Assembly: GCA_963754315.1 (NCBI GenBank)
Contig: CAVWFS010000019.1
Location: 800,001 to 864,000, forward strand
Length of the DNA stretch: 64,000 bases
Source of the DNA: an uncultured Candidatus Rokubacteria bacterium
GTDB lineage: Bacteria > Methylomirabilota > Methylomirabilia > Rokubacteriales > CSP1-6
Reading direction: 5' to 3'
The notes beneath the pieces are model-generated. The model searched no databases. It worked only from the letters and a program-made list of their open reading frames with translations, and was not told where the DNA came from. The position numbers and the translations under genes were made by a program. Shown piece by piece: positions 10,764 through 19,280 of the stretch (position 1 is its first letter; every line of letters starts with the position of its first letter).

Positions 10764-11729
10764 ACTTCAAGCTGGTGATGCTTCCGAACCAGACCACTGT
10801 CACCCGCCAGTGGGCCGCCCGCATCGCCGACGCGGGGACGGGCGCGCGCGTGGTGGTGGCGGAAACGCGCGGGGACGCTGCCCGAGAGATCGTCGATGCC
10901 GAGGCGGCCTTCGGAACCCTGCCCGCCGATCTGCTGGCTACCGCGCGTGCTCTACGCTGGCTCCAGGCTCCGCAGGCGGCACCACCGCCCGGCTACTACT
11001 ACGCCGAGCTGATCGCCCATCCCGTTGTCGTGACAAATTTCCGCGAGATCTACAACGACCATATCGCGGCTCACATCATGGCCTTCGTCCTCGCCTTCGC
11101 CCGTGACTTCCATCGCTACCTTCCCCAGCAGCTCCGGCGCGAGTGGCGTCCGGCGCCGCTCGACACGCGTGTGCTCCATCTACCGGAGACGACCGCGTTG
11201 ATCCTGGGAGTAGGCGGCATCGGCGCCGAGACGGCGCGACTCGCGGCCGCCTTCGGCATGCGCGTCATCGGGGTCGACGCGCGGCGGCCGGCGCCGCCGC
11301 CCGGGGTGACCGAGTGGCACCGGCCCGAGGCGCTGGACACGTTGCTGCCCCGTGCCGACTTCGTCATCATGACCGTGCCCCACACGCCGGAGACGGAAGG
11401 GATGATGAACCGGGCACGTCTGCGCCGCATGAAGCCCTCCGCCTTCCTCATCAACATCGGCCGCGGCATGACCGTGAAGCTCGACGACCTGGTGGACGCC
11501 TTGCGTGCGGGGGAACTGGCGGGGGCGGGGCTCGATGTGTTCGAAGCAGGAACCCCTCCCGGCGGACCATCCACTGTGGACCATGCCGGGTGTCCTGATC
11601 ACACCCCACACCGCCGGGTTCGGACCCTACCTCGACGAGCGGCGCTTCGCGATCCTCCTCGAGAATTGCCGTCACTTCGCGGCCGGTGAGCCGCTGCGCA
11701 ACGTGGTCGACAAGCGCCGCTGGTTCTGA
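10760..11729 (+). CDS. D-2-hydroxyacid dehydrogenase, apparent frameshift near 11545
   Basis: ILGVGGIG, LINIGRG, GAGLDVFE; EPLPADHPLW..ITPH continues in frame 11505..11729. Confidence 0.88.
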
Positions 11730-11780
11730 GGCGTCGAGGGGCACCAAGCCCCAGCTGTGCCGTATACGATTACGGCATTC

Positions 11781-11793
11781 ATGCTGGTACAAT
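11781..11793 (+). promoter_or_regulatory. Possible extended -10 promoter for a leaderless vapB
   Basis: TGgTACAAT ends about 6 nt before the vapB ATG (11800); no clear SD. Confidence 0.45.
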
Positions 11794-11799
11794 CAGGGC

Positions 11800-12003
11800 A
11801 TGGCCACCCAGAAGGTCACCGTGCATCTCGACCGCGATCTCCTGCGCCGAGCCCAGGCCCGCACCGGCCAGGGAGTCTCGGCCACCATCCGGCACGGTCT
11901 CGAGCTGGTGGCCGCCCGTCAGGCCTACGAGCGCCTGCGTGCGCTTCGGGGGAAGGTGACCTTCTCCCTCGATCTCCAGGCGCTCCGCCAAGACCGTCGT
12001 TGA
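11800..12003 (+). CDS. vapB: VapB-like antitoxin
   Basis: 67 aa, KVTVHLDRDLL ribbon-helix-helix-like start; TTGA overlap with the PIN gene. Confidence 0.75.
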   Translation: MATQKVTVHLDRDLLRRAQARTGQGVSATIRHGLELVAARQAYERLRALRGKVTFSLDLQALRQDRR

Positions 12004-12392
12004 TTGCCCTCGACACCAGCTCGTTGATTGCCTACCTCTCGGGGGCCGAAGGGCCGGACGTGGAAGCCACCGGCATCGCGCTCGAACACCAGCAGGCGAT
12101 TCTGCCCCCCGTCGTGCTTTCCGAGCTCCTGAGCGATCCCGAGCTGGACAGGCGGGTGAAGGAGCTCTTCGTCCACCTTCCCTTGCTCGAAATCCTAGAC
12201 GGCTACTGGGAGCGAGCCGGGCTCCTCCGCGCCCGAGCGCTCGCGCACGGGCGCCGAGCGCGTTTGGCCGATACCCTCATCGCCCAGTCCTGTCTCGATC
12301 ATGAGGTGGAGCTCGTGACGCGTGACCGTGACTTCCAGTTCTTCGTCAAGGCGGGCGGCTTGAAGCTGTTCGGAGCTCGAGTCCGGAGGTAG
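12000..12392 (+). CDS. vapC: VapC PIN-domain toxin
   Basis: IALDTS..., VLSEL, ADTLIAQ, LVTRDRDF acidic PIN motifs. Confidence 0.88.
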   Translation: MIALDTSSLIAYLSGAEGPDVEATGIALEHQQAILPPVVLSELLSDPELDRRVKELFVHLPLLEILDGYWERAGLLRARALAHGRRARLADTLIAQSCLDHEVELVTRDRDFQFFVKAGGLKLFGARVRR

Positions 12393-12395
12393 ATC

Positions 12396-12935
12396 ATGCT
12401 CAGGAAGATTCGTCGCATCGTGACCGGCCACAACGCGCAGGGAAAGTCGGTGATCGTCTCCGACGCGCCGTCGCCGCACGTCCTCGCCCTCCTCAACGAT
12501 CCGCCATTCGGATTGACCGACCTCTGGGTCACCTCGAGCTCGCCGGCTGATAACTCCGGCCACGCCGACGGCGCCGCTCGATCGACCATCACCCTGGAGC
12601 CGCCCCAAGGGGGAACGATCTTCCGGGTGGTTGAGTTTCCTCCTGACCAGGCGACCGTCGGCAAGCTTGACCGCAAGAAGCTCTTCGAGGCCATGCACGC
12701 CGGCGAGGCTATGGACCACGAGGGCGCCCGGCATCCGGGGATGCACAAGACGACCACAGTGGACTACGCCATCGTGCTCTCCGGCGAGATCTACGCGATG
12801 ATGGACGAGGGCGAGACCTTGATGAAAGCGGGAGACTGCCTGGTACAACGGGGAACGAACCACGCCTGGAGCAACCGCAGCCAGGCGCCGTGCCTGGTTG
12901 CCTTCGTCCTCGTTTCAGCGAGCCCCCTGGCCTAG
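12396..12935 (+). CDS. Cupin domain protein
   Basis: RRIVTGH, MHKTTTVDYAIVLSGE, GDCLVQRGTNHAWSN. Confidence 0.88.
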   Translation: MLRKIRRIVTGHNAQGKSVIVSDAPSPHVLALLNDPPFGLTDLWVTSSSPADNSGHADGAARSTITLEPPQGGTIFRVVEFPPDQATVGKLDRKKLFEAMHAGEAMDHEGARHPGMHKTTTVDYAIVLSGEIYAMMDEGETLMKAGDCLVQRGTNHAWSNRSQAPCLVAFVLVSASPLA

Positions 12936-12947
12936 CGTCCTGTCGCA

Positions 12948-13013
12948 GGCGCCCCGGTGGACCCGGGGCGCCGTGAACATCGGGGGTTAGGGGGATGAAG
13001 TTGGCCCCCCATC
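12948..13013 (+). repeat. Dispersed copy of the 86-bp-family structured element
   Basis: GGCGCCCCGG-loop-CCGGGGCGCC stem, then GGGGG-TTA-GGGGG...CCCCCCAT; colinear with the 3724 unit. Confidence 0.8.
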
Positions 13014-13019
13014 GCTCAA

Positions 13020-13949
13020 TCAATCGAACGCTTTGCGGAGGGCGCCCGCCACCTCGTCGAGGGCGGCCTTGGCAGAGTCAAGAATTCGCGTCATGCGGAA
13101 GAACCCGTGGAACATGCCCGGATAGCGAACGTGGTTGACGGCGACTCCCGCATCGCGCAACCGCGCGGCATAGGCCTCACCCTCATCCCGCAGGGGATCG
13201 CAGCCGGCCGTGATCACAAGAGCCGGCGGCAGCCCGCCCAGGTTCGTCGCGCGTAACGGCGAAGCATAGGGATCCTGTCCCTGCTCTTCGCGGGCGAGGT
13301 AGTGGCCAAAGAACCAGCGCATACCCTCCCGCGTCAGCACATAGCCGGTGGCGTTTTCGAGATAGGACGGCGTGTCCAAGTTGACGTCGGTCACCGGATA
13401 GACCAGAGCCTGGAAAACAGGCACTGGCGTACGCCGATCGCGCGCCATGAGGGAGACCACGGTGGCGAGGTTCCCGCCGGCGCTGTCGCCCCCGACCGCC
13501 ACCCGCCGTGGATCGATCCCAAGTCGAGACGCGTTGGCCGTCACCCACCGAAGGCCGGCATACGCATCCTCGACGGCCACCGGGTAACGGTGCTCCGGGG
13601 CTAGCCGGTAGTCAACGCTGGCGACCACGCAGCGGGCCGCATTGGTGAGCGATCGACAGATGCCGTCGTGAGTCTCGAGATCGCCGATCACCCAGCCGCC
13701 GCCGTGATAGAAGACGAGCGCCGGATGTGGCGCCGAGCCCGCTGGCGCATAGACGCGGACGGTGATCTCGCCGCCGGCGACAGGCACTTGATGATCGGCC
13801 ACGGCGGTTACGTCTTCCACCGGACCGAGGGCGGCCGTACGACTGCGCATGCTCTCTCTCGCCTCGGCCGGCGTGGACTGCTCCACCGGCTTGAGGTTGA
13901 GGGCAGCCATGGCATCGACAACCTTCTGCGCTTGAGGATCGAGCGGCAT
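13020..13949 (-). CDS. Alpha/beta hydrolase, HSL-family esterase/lipase
   Basis: HGGGW, GDSAGG, DPLRDEG, HGF catalytic motifs; AGGAGG RBS. Confidence 0.93.
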   Translation of the reverse strand: MPLDPQAQKVVDAMAALNLKPVEQSTPAEARESMRSRTAALGPVEDVTAVADHQVPVAGGEITVRVYAPAGSAPHPALVFYHGGGWVIGDLETHDGICRSLTNAARCVVASVDYRLAPEHRYPVAVEDAYAGLRWVTANASRLGIDPRRVAVGGDSAGGNLATVVSLMARDRRTPVPVFQALVYPVTDVNLDTPSYLENATGYVLTREGMRWFFGHYLAREEQGQDPYASPLRATNLGGLPPALVITAGCDPLRDEGEAYAARLRDAGVAVNHVRYPGMFHGFFRMTRILDSAKAALDEVAGALRKAFD

Positions 13950-13966
13950 GGTGGCCTCCTATGGGA

Positions 13967-14036
13967 GATGGGGGGTCCGAACTTCACCCCCCAAACCCCC
14001 CACGTTCGGGGCGCCCCGGGGGACCCGGGGCGCCCC
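13967..14036 (-). repeat. Dispersed copy of the 86-bp-family element, inverted relative to 12948-13013
   Basis: GATGGGGGG..AACTTCACCCCCCAAACCCCCC..GGGGCGCCCCGGG-GGA-CCCGGGGCGCCCC; closely matches the reverse complement of 12948-13013. Confidence 0.88.
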
Positions 14037-14146
14037 TCTGTAACAGTCGCACTTCTATAACAGTCGCACCTCTATAGCAGTCCCACCTCTATAACAGCCA
14101 CACCTCTAAACAGGCGCCCCTCTAACAGTGGCCAGGTTACAAGAGG
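14031..14146. repeat. Six degenerate 15-17-bp direct repeats (CGCACCTCTATAACAGT) plus one partial inverted copy
   Basis: Units at 14031, 14048, 14065, 14082, 14099, 14115; inverted GTTACAAGAGG at 14136. Confidence 0.85.
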
Positions 14147-14246
14147 AGGCTGATTTTACGTCATCGGCGGTGGTGAAGCCTAGTGCGATGGCGCGGTGGT
14201 GCTGGCGCTTGCCGGGCGCGGGGTGGGCCGTTACTCTTTACGGTCA

Positions 14247-15239
14247 ATGCGACACCTACGGCTCGGCCGGACCGGGTTGTCGGTTTCTCGGCTTTGTCTC
14301 GGCACCATGACCTTTGGGCTGCAGTGCGACGAGCCCACTTCGATCGGCATCCTGGACCGGGCGGCGGCCGGCGGCATCACGTTCCTGGACACCTCTGACG
14401 TCTATCCGCTGGGCGGCAGTCTGCAGACGGTCGGCCGCACGGAGGAGATCCTTGGACGGTGGCTCGCCGACAGGCGCCACGACTTCGTGGTCGCCACCAA
14501 ATGCTTCGGAGCCACCAGTGCTCGTCCGTGGGATCGTGGCAACTCCCGCAAGCACATCCTCGACGCCATCGAGGGTTCGCTGCGCCGGCTGCGCACCGAC
14601 TATGTGGACCTCTACCAGCTCCATCATCCCGATCCCCACACGCCTCTCGAGGAGTCGCTGCGGGCATTGGACGACATCGTCCGGGCGGGGAAGGCTCGCT
14701 ATATCGGCTGCTCCAACTTCCACGCGTATCAGGTAGCGCGCGCCCTCGGCAAGAGCGAGACGCACGGGCTGGCATCGTTCGCCTCCGTGCAGCCGCGCTA
14801 CAACCTGCTGTTCCGACAGATCGAGCGCGAGCTGCTCCCTCTCTGCCAGGAAGAGGGCATCGGTGTGATTCCGTACAACCCGCTGGCAGGAGGGTTCCTC
14901 TCCGGCAAGCATCGGGCGGAGACGGGGCCCACGGCGGGAACTCGCTTCACCCTGGGCAACGCGGCCCAACGTTACCAGGAGCGATACTGGCACGAGCGCG
15001 AGTTTGCAACCGTCGCTGCCCTCAGCCCTCTCGCCGCTGAGGCCGGTATATCAGTGGTTCAGATGGCCGTGGGGTGGGTCCTGGCGCACCCATCGGTTAC
15101 TGCCCCCATCATCGGGGCGAGCCGGCCTGACCAGCTCGACGAAGTGCTTGCGGCCGTCGACAAGGGGATCCCGACCGACCTTAAGACGCGGCTGGACGAG
15201 CTGACCCTCGAGTACCGCTGGGGCGACGATCCCCGCTGA
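14247..15239 (+). CDS. Aldo/keto reductase
   Basis: LGRTGLSVSRLCLGTMTFG, DTSDVY, ATK, LRTDYVDLYQLH, GCSN, PIIGAS. Confidence 0.93.
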   Translation: MRHLRLGRTGLSVSRLCLGTMTFGLQCDEPTSIGILDRAAAGGITFLDTSDVYPLGGSLQTVGRTEEILGRWLADRRHDFVVATKCFGATSARPWDRGNSRKHILDAIEGSLRRLRTDYVDLYQLHHPDPHTPLEESLRALDDIVRAGKARYIGCSNFHAYQVARALGKSETHGLASFASVQPRYNLLFRQIERELLPLCQEEGIGVIPYNPLAGGFLSGKHRAETGPTAGTRFTLGNAAQRYQERYWHEREFATVAALSPLAAEAGISVVQMAVGWVLAHPSVTAPIIGASRPDQLDEVLAAVDKGIPTDLKTRLDELTLEYRWGDDPR

Positions 15240-15281
15240 AATCTCGCCGCGAATCGAGCCCGCGCCTGGGACGATGGGCGG

Positions 15282-16097
15282 GTGCAGCTCTTCGACCGGA
15301 AGTTCGGCGCCCAATTTCTCGCCGGAGTGCCCTCCCAACCGGGTGTCTACCGTCTGTACGACGAGGCCGGAGCCCTCCTCTATGTCGGCAAGGCTCGCGA
15401 CCTCCGGCGCCGGCTGGCGCAGTACCGAACAACTCGACGAACCAAGAAGGATCGCAAGCGCCGACGGCTGGTGAGGTCGGCCGCGCGGATCGTCTGGGAG
15501 GCCTGCGCATCGGAGCTGGACGCCGCGCTCGACGAGATCCGGCTGATCCAGACGCTGCGTCCGCGAGAGAACGTTGCCGGCGCCTTTTCGTTCCTTTACC
15601 CGTTCATCGGGATCCGCCTCGATGGCCAGGAAACCGACTTCTGCCTCACGACTTCTCCCGAAGCGTTCCCGTCATTCGACCTGTACGGGGCCTTTCGCTC
15701 GCGCGAGGTGACGGGCGAGGCGTTCTTCTCGTTGATGCGGCTGTTACGCTTCATCGGACATCCGAACTACCCACGCCGCAAGATGCGGAGCCGAATAGCC
15801 CCACACTCGTACGTGGTGGGATTTCGTCGTCTGCCGGCGTCATGGCCTGCTCTGTGGAGCCGTGTGCTCCGAGGGGCTTCCCGCGAAGGGCTCGAGCAAC
15901 TCTCGCTGACCCTCCTCGAGCACGCGGGAGCCCGCGCCCGGAGCACCGAAATCCAGGCCGACTTGCGGGCCGTCGCGCGCTTTTTCGACGAGGAGGCTTC
16001 GGCCCTGGCCGCTGCTATCGTCGCGGCGGGCTACTCGCGCTATCCCGTGCCCCAGCAGGAGCGCGATGTACTCTTCCTTCATTTTCGGGGCCGGTAG
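15282..16097 (+). CDS. GIY-YIG nuclease (UvrC N-terminal-like) with unrecognised C-terminal region
   Basis: PSQPGVYRLYD..LLYVGKARDLRRRLAQY; E...I...RPREN. Confidence 0.8.
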   Translation: MQLFDRKFGAQFLAGVPSQPGVYRLYDEAGALLYVGKARDLRRRLAQYRTTRRTKKDRKRRRLVRSAARIVWEACASELDAALDEIRLIQTLRPRENVAGAFSFLYPFIGIRLDGQETDFCLTTSPEAFPSFDLYGAFRSREVTGEAFFSLMRLLRFIGHPNYPRRKMRSRIAPHSYVVGFRRLPASWPALWSRVLRGASREGLEQLSLTLLEHAGARARSTEIQADLRAVARFFDEEASALAAAIVAAGYSRYPVPQQERDVLFLHFRGR

Positions 16098-16098
16098 T

Positions 16099-17080
16099 TC
16101 ATACGACCTCGAACTTCTGGAATGTGTGACAGTCGGCAGGAACATGCCCGCGGCTCACGGAAAACGTCCAGGTGACCTCGCTGACATACACGGCGCCACG
16201 CGAGTCCACAGCCAGGCCGTGCGGCGCCGCGAAGCTGCCGGGCGCGCAGGCGTCGGCACTGCCCCAGCGGGCCAGGACCTGTCCCGTCCTTGTCGTAAAC
16301 GCTCACCCGACCGTAGCGCGCCTCGTGGATCGGCCCGTGGCGCTGGGAAGTCTGACCCTGGTGCCACCACAACTCCGAGACGTAGGCCCGTCCCTTTGCG
16401 TCAAAGACAAGATGGGTCGGCCGCTGGGTGTCGGTCCACTCGCTCAGATACTCACCATCCGGGCTGAAGATCTGGATGCGGTCGTTCTCACGGTCGCATA
16501 CGAAGATGCGTCCATCGGCAGCGGCCGCGATGCCGTGCGGGAGGTGGAACTGACCTGGACCAGTGCCCGAGACTCCCCAGGACTGCTTCAGCTCACCGGT
16601 CGGGGAGAAGCGATGCACTCGGCAATTGCCATAGCCGTCGGAGATGTAGAGGTCTCCTTTGGGGCCGATGGCCAGATTGGTGGGGCGATTGAAAGGGCCC
16701 GCCGGCCTCGGAATTTTGATCGAGTCCTTGCCGTCGTAGCCGGTATCCGAAGGCGTGTTCATGGTACCCAAGGTCATCAAGAGCTTTCCGTCCGGCGTGA
16801 ACTTGCGCACGGTGTGGTTGCCGTCGTCCGTGCAATAGACCATGTTGTCGGGTCCGACCGTGATGCCGTGGGTTCGGTAGGTGAACTCGCCCTCGCCCCA
16901 GGAGCGCAGGAACTTCCCCTCGGGGCTGTAGACGATGATCGGATGATCACCACGGCAAATCAAGAAGACGCGATCCTCCGAGTCGACCGCCACCCCGGCC
17001 ACATCACGATGCACGTAGTCGCGCGGGAGCTGCTCCCACCCTTCGATCACCTGGTATTTCAACGCACTCGTCAGTGCCAT
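16099..17080 (-). CDS. NHL-repeat beta-propeller (PAL/peptidyl-alpha-hydroxyglycine lyase-like), apparent frameshift near 16284
   Basis: Repeats HGITVG..NHTVRKF, FNRPTNLA..DGYGNCRVHRF, FHLPHGIA..DRENDRIQIF. The shifted frame gives QVLARWG..FAAPHGLAVDS..FQKFEVV*. Confidence 0.85.
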
Positions 17081-17099
17081 GCTCACCCTCCTCAGCGAA

Positions 17100-17993
17100 T
17101 CACAATTTAACCTGAACGCCGGCCAGCTGCTCCAAGACCTTGATAATCGCGCTTCCGTCTTCCTTGTTGAGCCCGGCCGCGCGCGCCATCTGGTAGACCT
17201 GTTGACTGATGTTGGCAAGGAGGAGAGGCATCCCCAGTTGCTTGGCAAACGCCGTCTCCAGCTCCTGATCCTTGTACGAGATGTCCACCGTTCCTCCCGG
17301 GGCAAAATCTCGGGCCATGATCCGGGGCACCCGTGTCTCGAAGGCGAAGCTCGTACCCGTGCTCACCCGCACGACATCATAGATCGTCTGCGGATCGAGC
17401 CCCGCCTTCACCCCGAGGACGAGCGCCTCCGCCACCGCCACCGTGTTGACCTGGACCAGCATGTTGTTGACCAGCTTCATGGCCAGCCCCTGGCCGATGC
17501 CGCCCACGTGGAAGATGTTCTTGCCCATTGCCTGGAAGAGGTCGCGGCAGGCTTCGACCGCGTCCCGCGCCCCTCCCGCGATGATCGACAGCTCGCCCGA
17601 GGCGGCACGTCCCGTTCCCCCGCTGACGGGAGCGTCGAGCATGGCCACACCCCGCGTGGCCAACCGGTCGTGCAGTCGACGCGCGGCAAAGGGGTCGATG
17701 GTGCTCATGCAAATCACGATGTGCCCGGCGCTGGCACCGGCCACGATGCCCCGGTCGCCGGCGATGACCGACTCCGCTTGCGAAGTCGTCTCGACCATGC
17801 AGATGGTCCGCCCGGCCGCCTGAGCCACCTGCTCCGGCGAATCGGCCGCCACGGCCCCTCGCTCGCGCAGGGCCGACAGCTTGGTCGAATCGACGTCGTG
17901 CACGACCAGCGAGAACCCGTGCCGGGCGAGATTCAGGGCCATCGGCCGGCCCATGTTTCCAAGCCCGATGAAGCCTACCTTCGCAGCTGGCAT
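17100..17993 (-). CDS. Beta-hydroxyacid dehydrogenase (3-hydroxyisobutyrate DH / tartronate semialdehyde reductase family)
   Basis: GFIGLGNMG, DAPVSGG, KLVNN motifs. Confidence 0.9.
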   Translation of the reverse strand: MPAAKVGFIGLGNMGRPMALNLARHGFSLVVHDVDSTKLSALRERGAVAADSPEQVAQAAGRTICMVETTSQAESVIAGDRGIVAGASAGHIVICMSTIDPFAARRLHDRLATRGVAMLDAPVSGGTGRAASGELSIIAGGARDAVEACRDLFQAMGKNIFHVGGIGQGLAMKLVNNMLVQVNTVAVAEALVLGVKAGLDPQTIYDVVRVSTGTSFAFETRVPRIMARDFAPGGTVDISYKDQELETAFAKQLGMPLLLANISQQVYQMARAAGLNKEDGSAIIKVLEQLAGVQVKL

Positions 17994-18010
17994 CGCGTTG
18001 TCCTTTCAAA

Positions 18011-18497
18011 GTCGGGGGGAGCGGCGCCGCTCCCCCCGACACCCCCCACCGGTTAGCCGCGCCGCCCGTCCCGCTCACCCTCCGGATCCCGCCACCTCAC
18101 GAGCGGCGCCGCTCCCCCCGACACCCCCCACCGGTTAGCCGCGCCGCCCGTCCCGCTCACCCTCCGGATCCCGCCACCTCACGAGCGGCGCCGCTCCCCC
18201 CGACACCCCCCACCGGTTAGCCGCGCCGCCCGTCCCGCTCACCCTCCGGATCCCGCCACCTCACGAGCGGCGCCGCTCCCCCCGACACCCCCCACCGGTT
18301 AGCCGCGCCGCCCGTCCCGCTCACCCTCCGGATCCCGCCACCTCACGAGCGGCGCCGCTCCCCCCGACACCCCCCACCGGTTAGCCGCGCCGCCCGTCCC
18401 GCTCACCCTCCGGATCCCGCCACCTCACGAGCGGCGCCGCTCCCCCCGACACCCCCCACCGGTTAGCCGCGCCGCCCGTCCCGCTCACCCTCCGGAT
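18011..18497. repeat. Tandem array of about 5.8 identical 82-bp C-rich units, starting with a perfect 30-bp palindrome
   Basis: GAGCGGCGCCGCTC recurs at 18019, 18101, 18183, 18265, 18347, 18429. 18011-18040 (GTCGGGGGGAGCGGCGCCGCTCCCCCCGAC) is its own reverse complement. Confidence 0.97.
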
Positions 18498-19261
18498 TAC
18501 AATCCGCCGGTCACGTCGATGGTGACGCCGGTCACGAAGTCTGCGTCGCTCGAAGCGAGGAAGCAGATCACGCGGGCCTGGTCCTTGGCCTCGGCAACGC
18601 GGCGGAGGGGCGTGCGCTCGACTTCCTGAGCCTGCTCGTCTGCCGTTCGCTGCTCCCAGCGCGGGCGGATACGCTCCGTCAAGGTCAAGCTGGGAGCGAT
18701 GGCGTTCACGGTGATGCCGAACGGCCCTAGCTCGTGGGCCAGCTTACGGGTGAAGGCGATGATGCCGCCCTTGGCCGCCGCGTAGGCGCTGCTGCTCGAG
18801 GCGCTGAGCCCGCGTCCGGCGATGGACGAGAGGTTCACGATCTTGCCGCTTCGCTGATGCTTCATGAGTGGGACCACCGCGTGACAGAAGAGAAACGTGC
18901 CATCGAGGTTGAACGTGATCAGGCGCTGCCAGTCGGCCAGCGAGAGCTCGTCCACCGTGGCCGCCGACCGCGCGATGATGGTGCTGCCCCCCACCGCATT
19001 CACGAGAATGTCGATGCGCCCCAGCTCACGCGCCACCTTCGCCACGATATCGGCGACCTGCGTCTGGTCGAGCGCGTCGCCGCCAAAGGCGTGGGCACGG
19101 CCTCCCGCTCCCTGCAACGTCTGAGTGAGCGACGCCAGACGCCCGGCATCTGTGTCCACCGCGGCGATGATCCCGCCCTCGGCCGCAATGATCTCGGCCG
19201 TGGCGCGGCCGATCCCGCTGGCGGCGGCCGTGATGAGCGCCACCTTGTCTCGAAATCGCAT
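18497..19261 (-). CDS. SDR family oxidoreductase
   Basis: TAAASGIG, LVNAVG, SS, YAAAK, VNAIAP motifs. Confidence 0.9.
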   Translation of the reverse strand: MRFRDKVALITAAASGIGRATAEIIAAEGGIIAAVDTDAGRLASLTQTLQGAGGRAHAFGGDALDQTQVADIVAKVARELGRIDILVNAVGGSTIIARSAATVDELSLADWQRLITFNLDGTFLFCHAVVPLMKHQRSGKIVNLSSIAGRGLSASSSSAYAAAKGGIIAFTRKLAHELGPFGITVNAIAPSLTLTERIRPRWEQRTADEQAQEVERTPLRRVAEAKDQARVICFLASSDADFVTGVTIDVTGGL

Positions 19262-19280
19262 GGTCCTCCCTCTCTCTCTA

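Noticed and set aside
18011..18497. CRISPR array
   Set aside because: Units are identical over the full 82 bp with no unique spacers, and there are no cas genes. The same applies to the 86-bp array.
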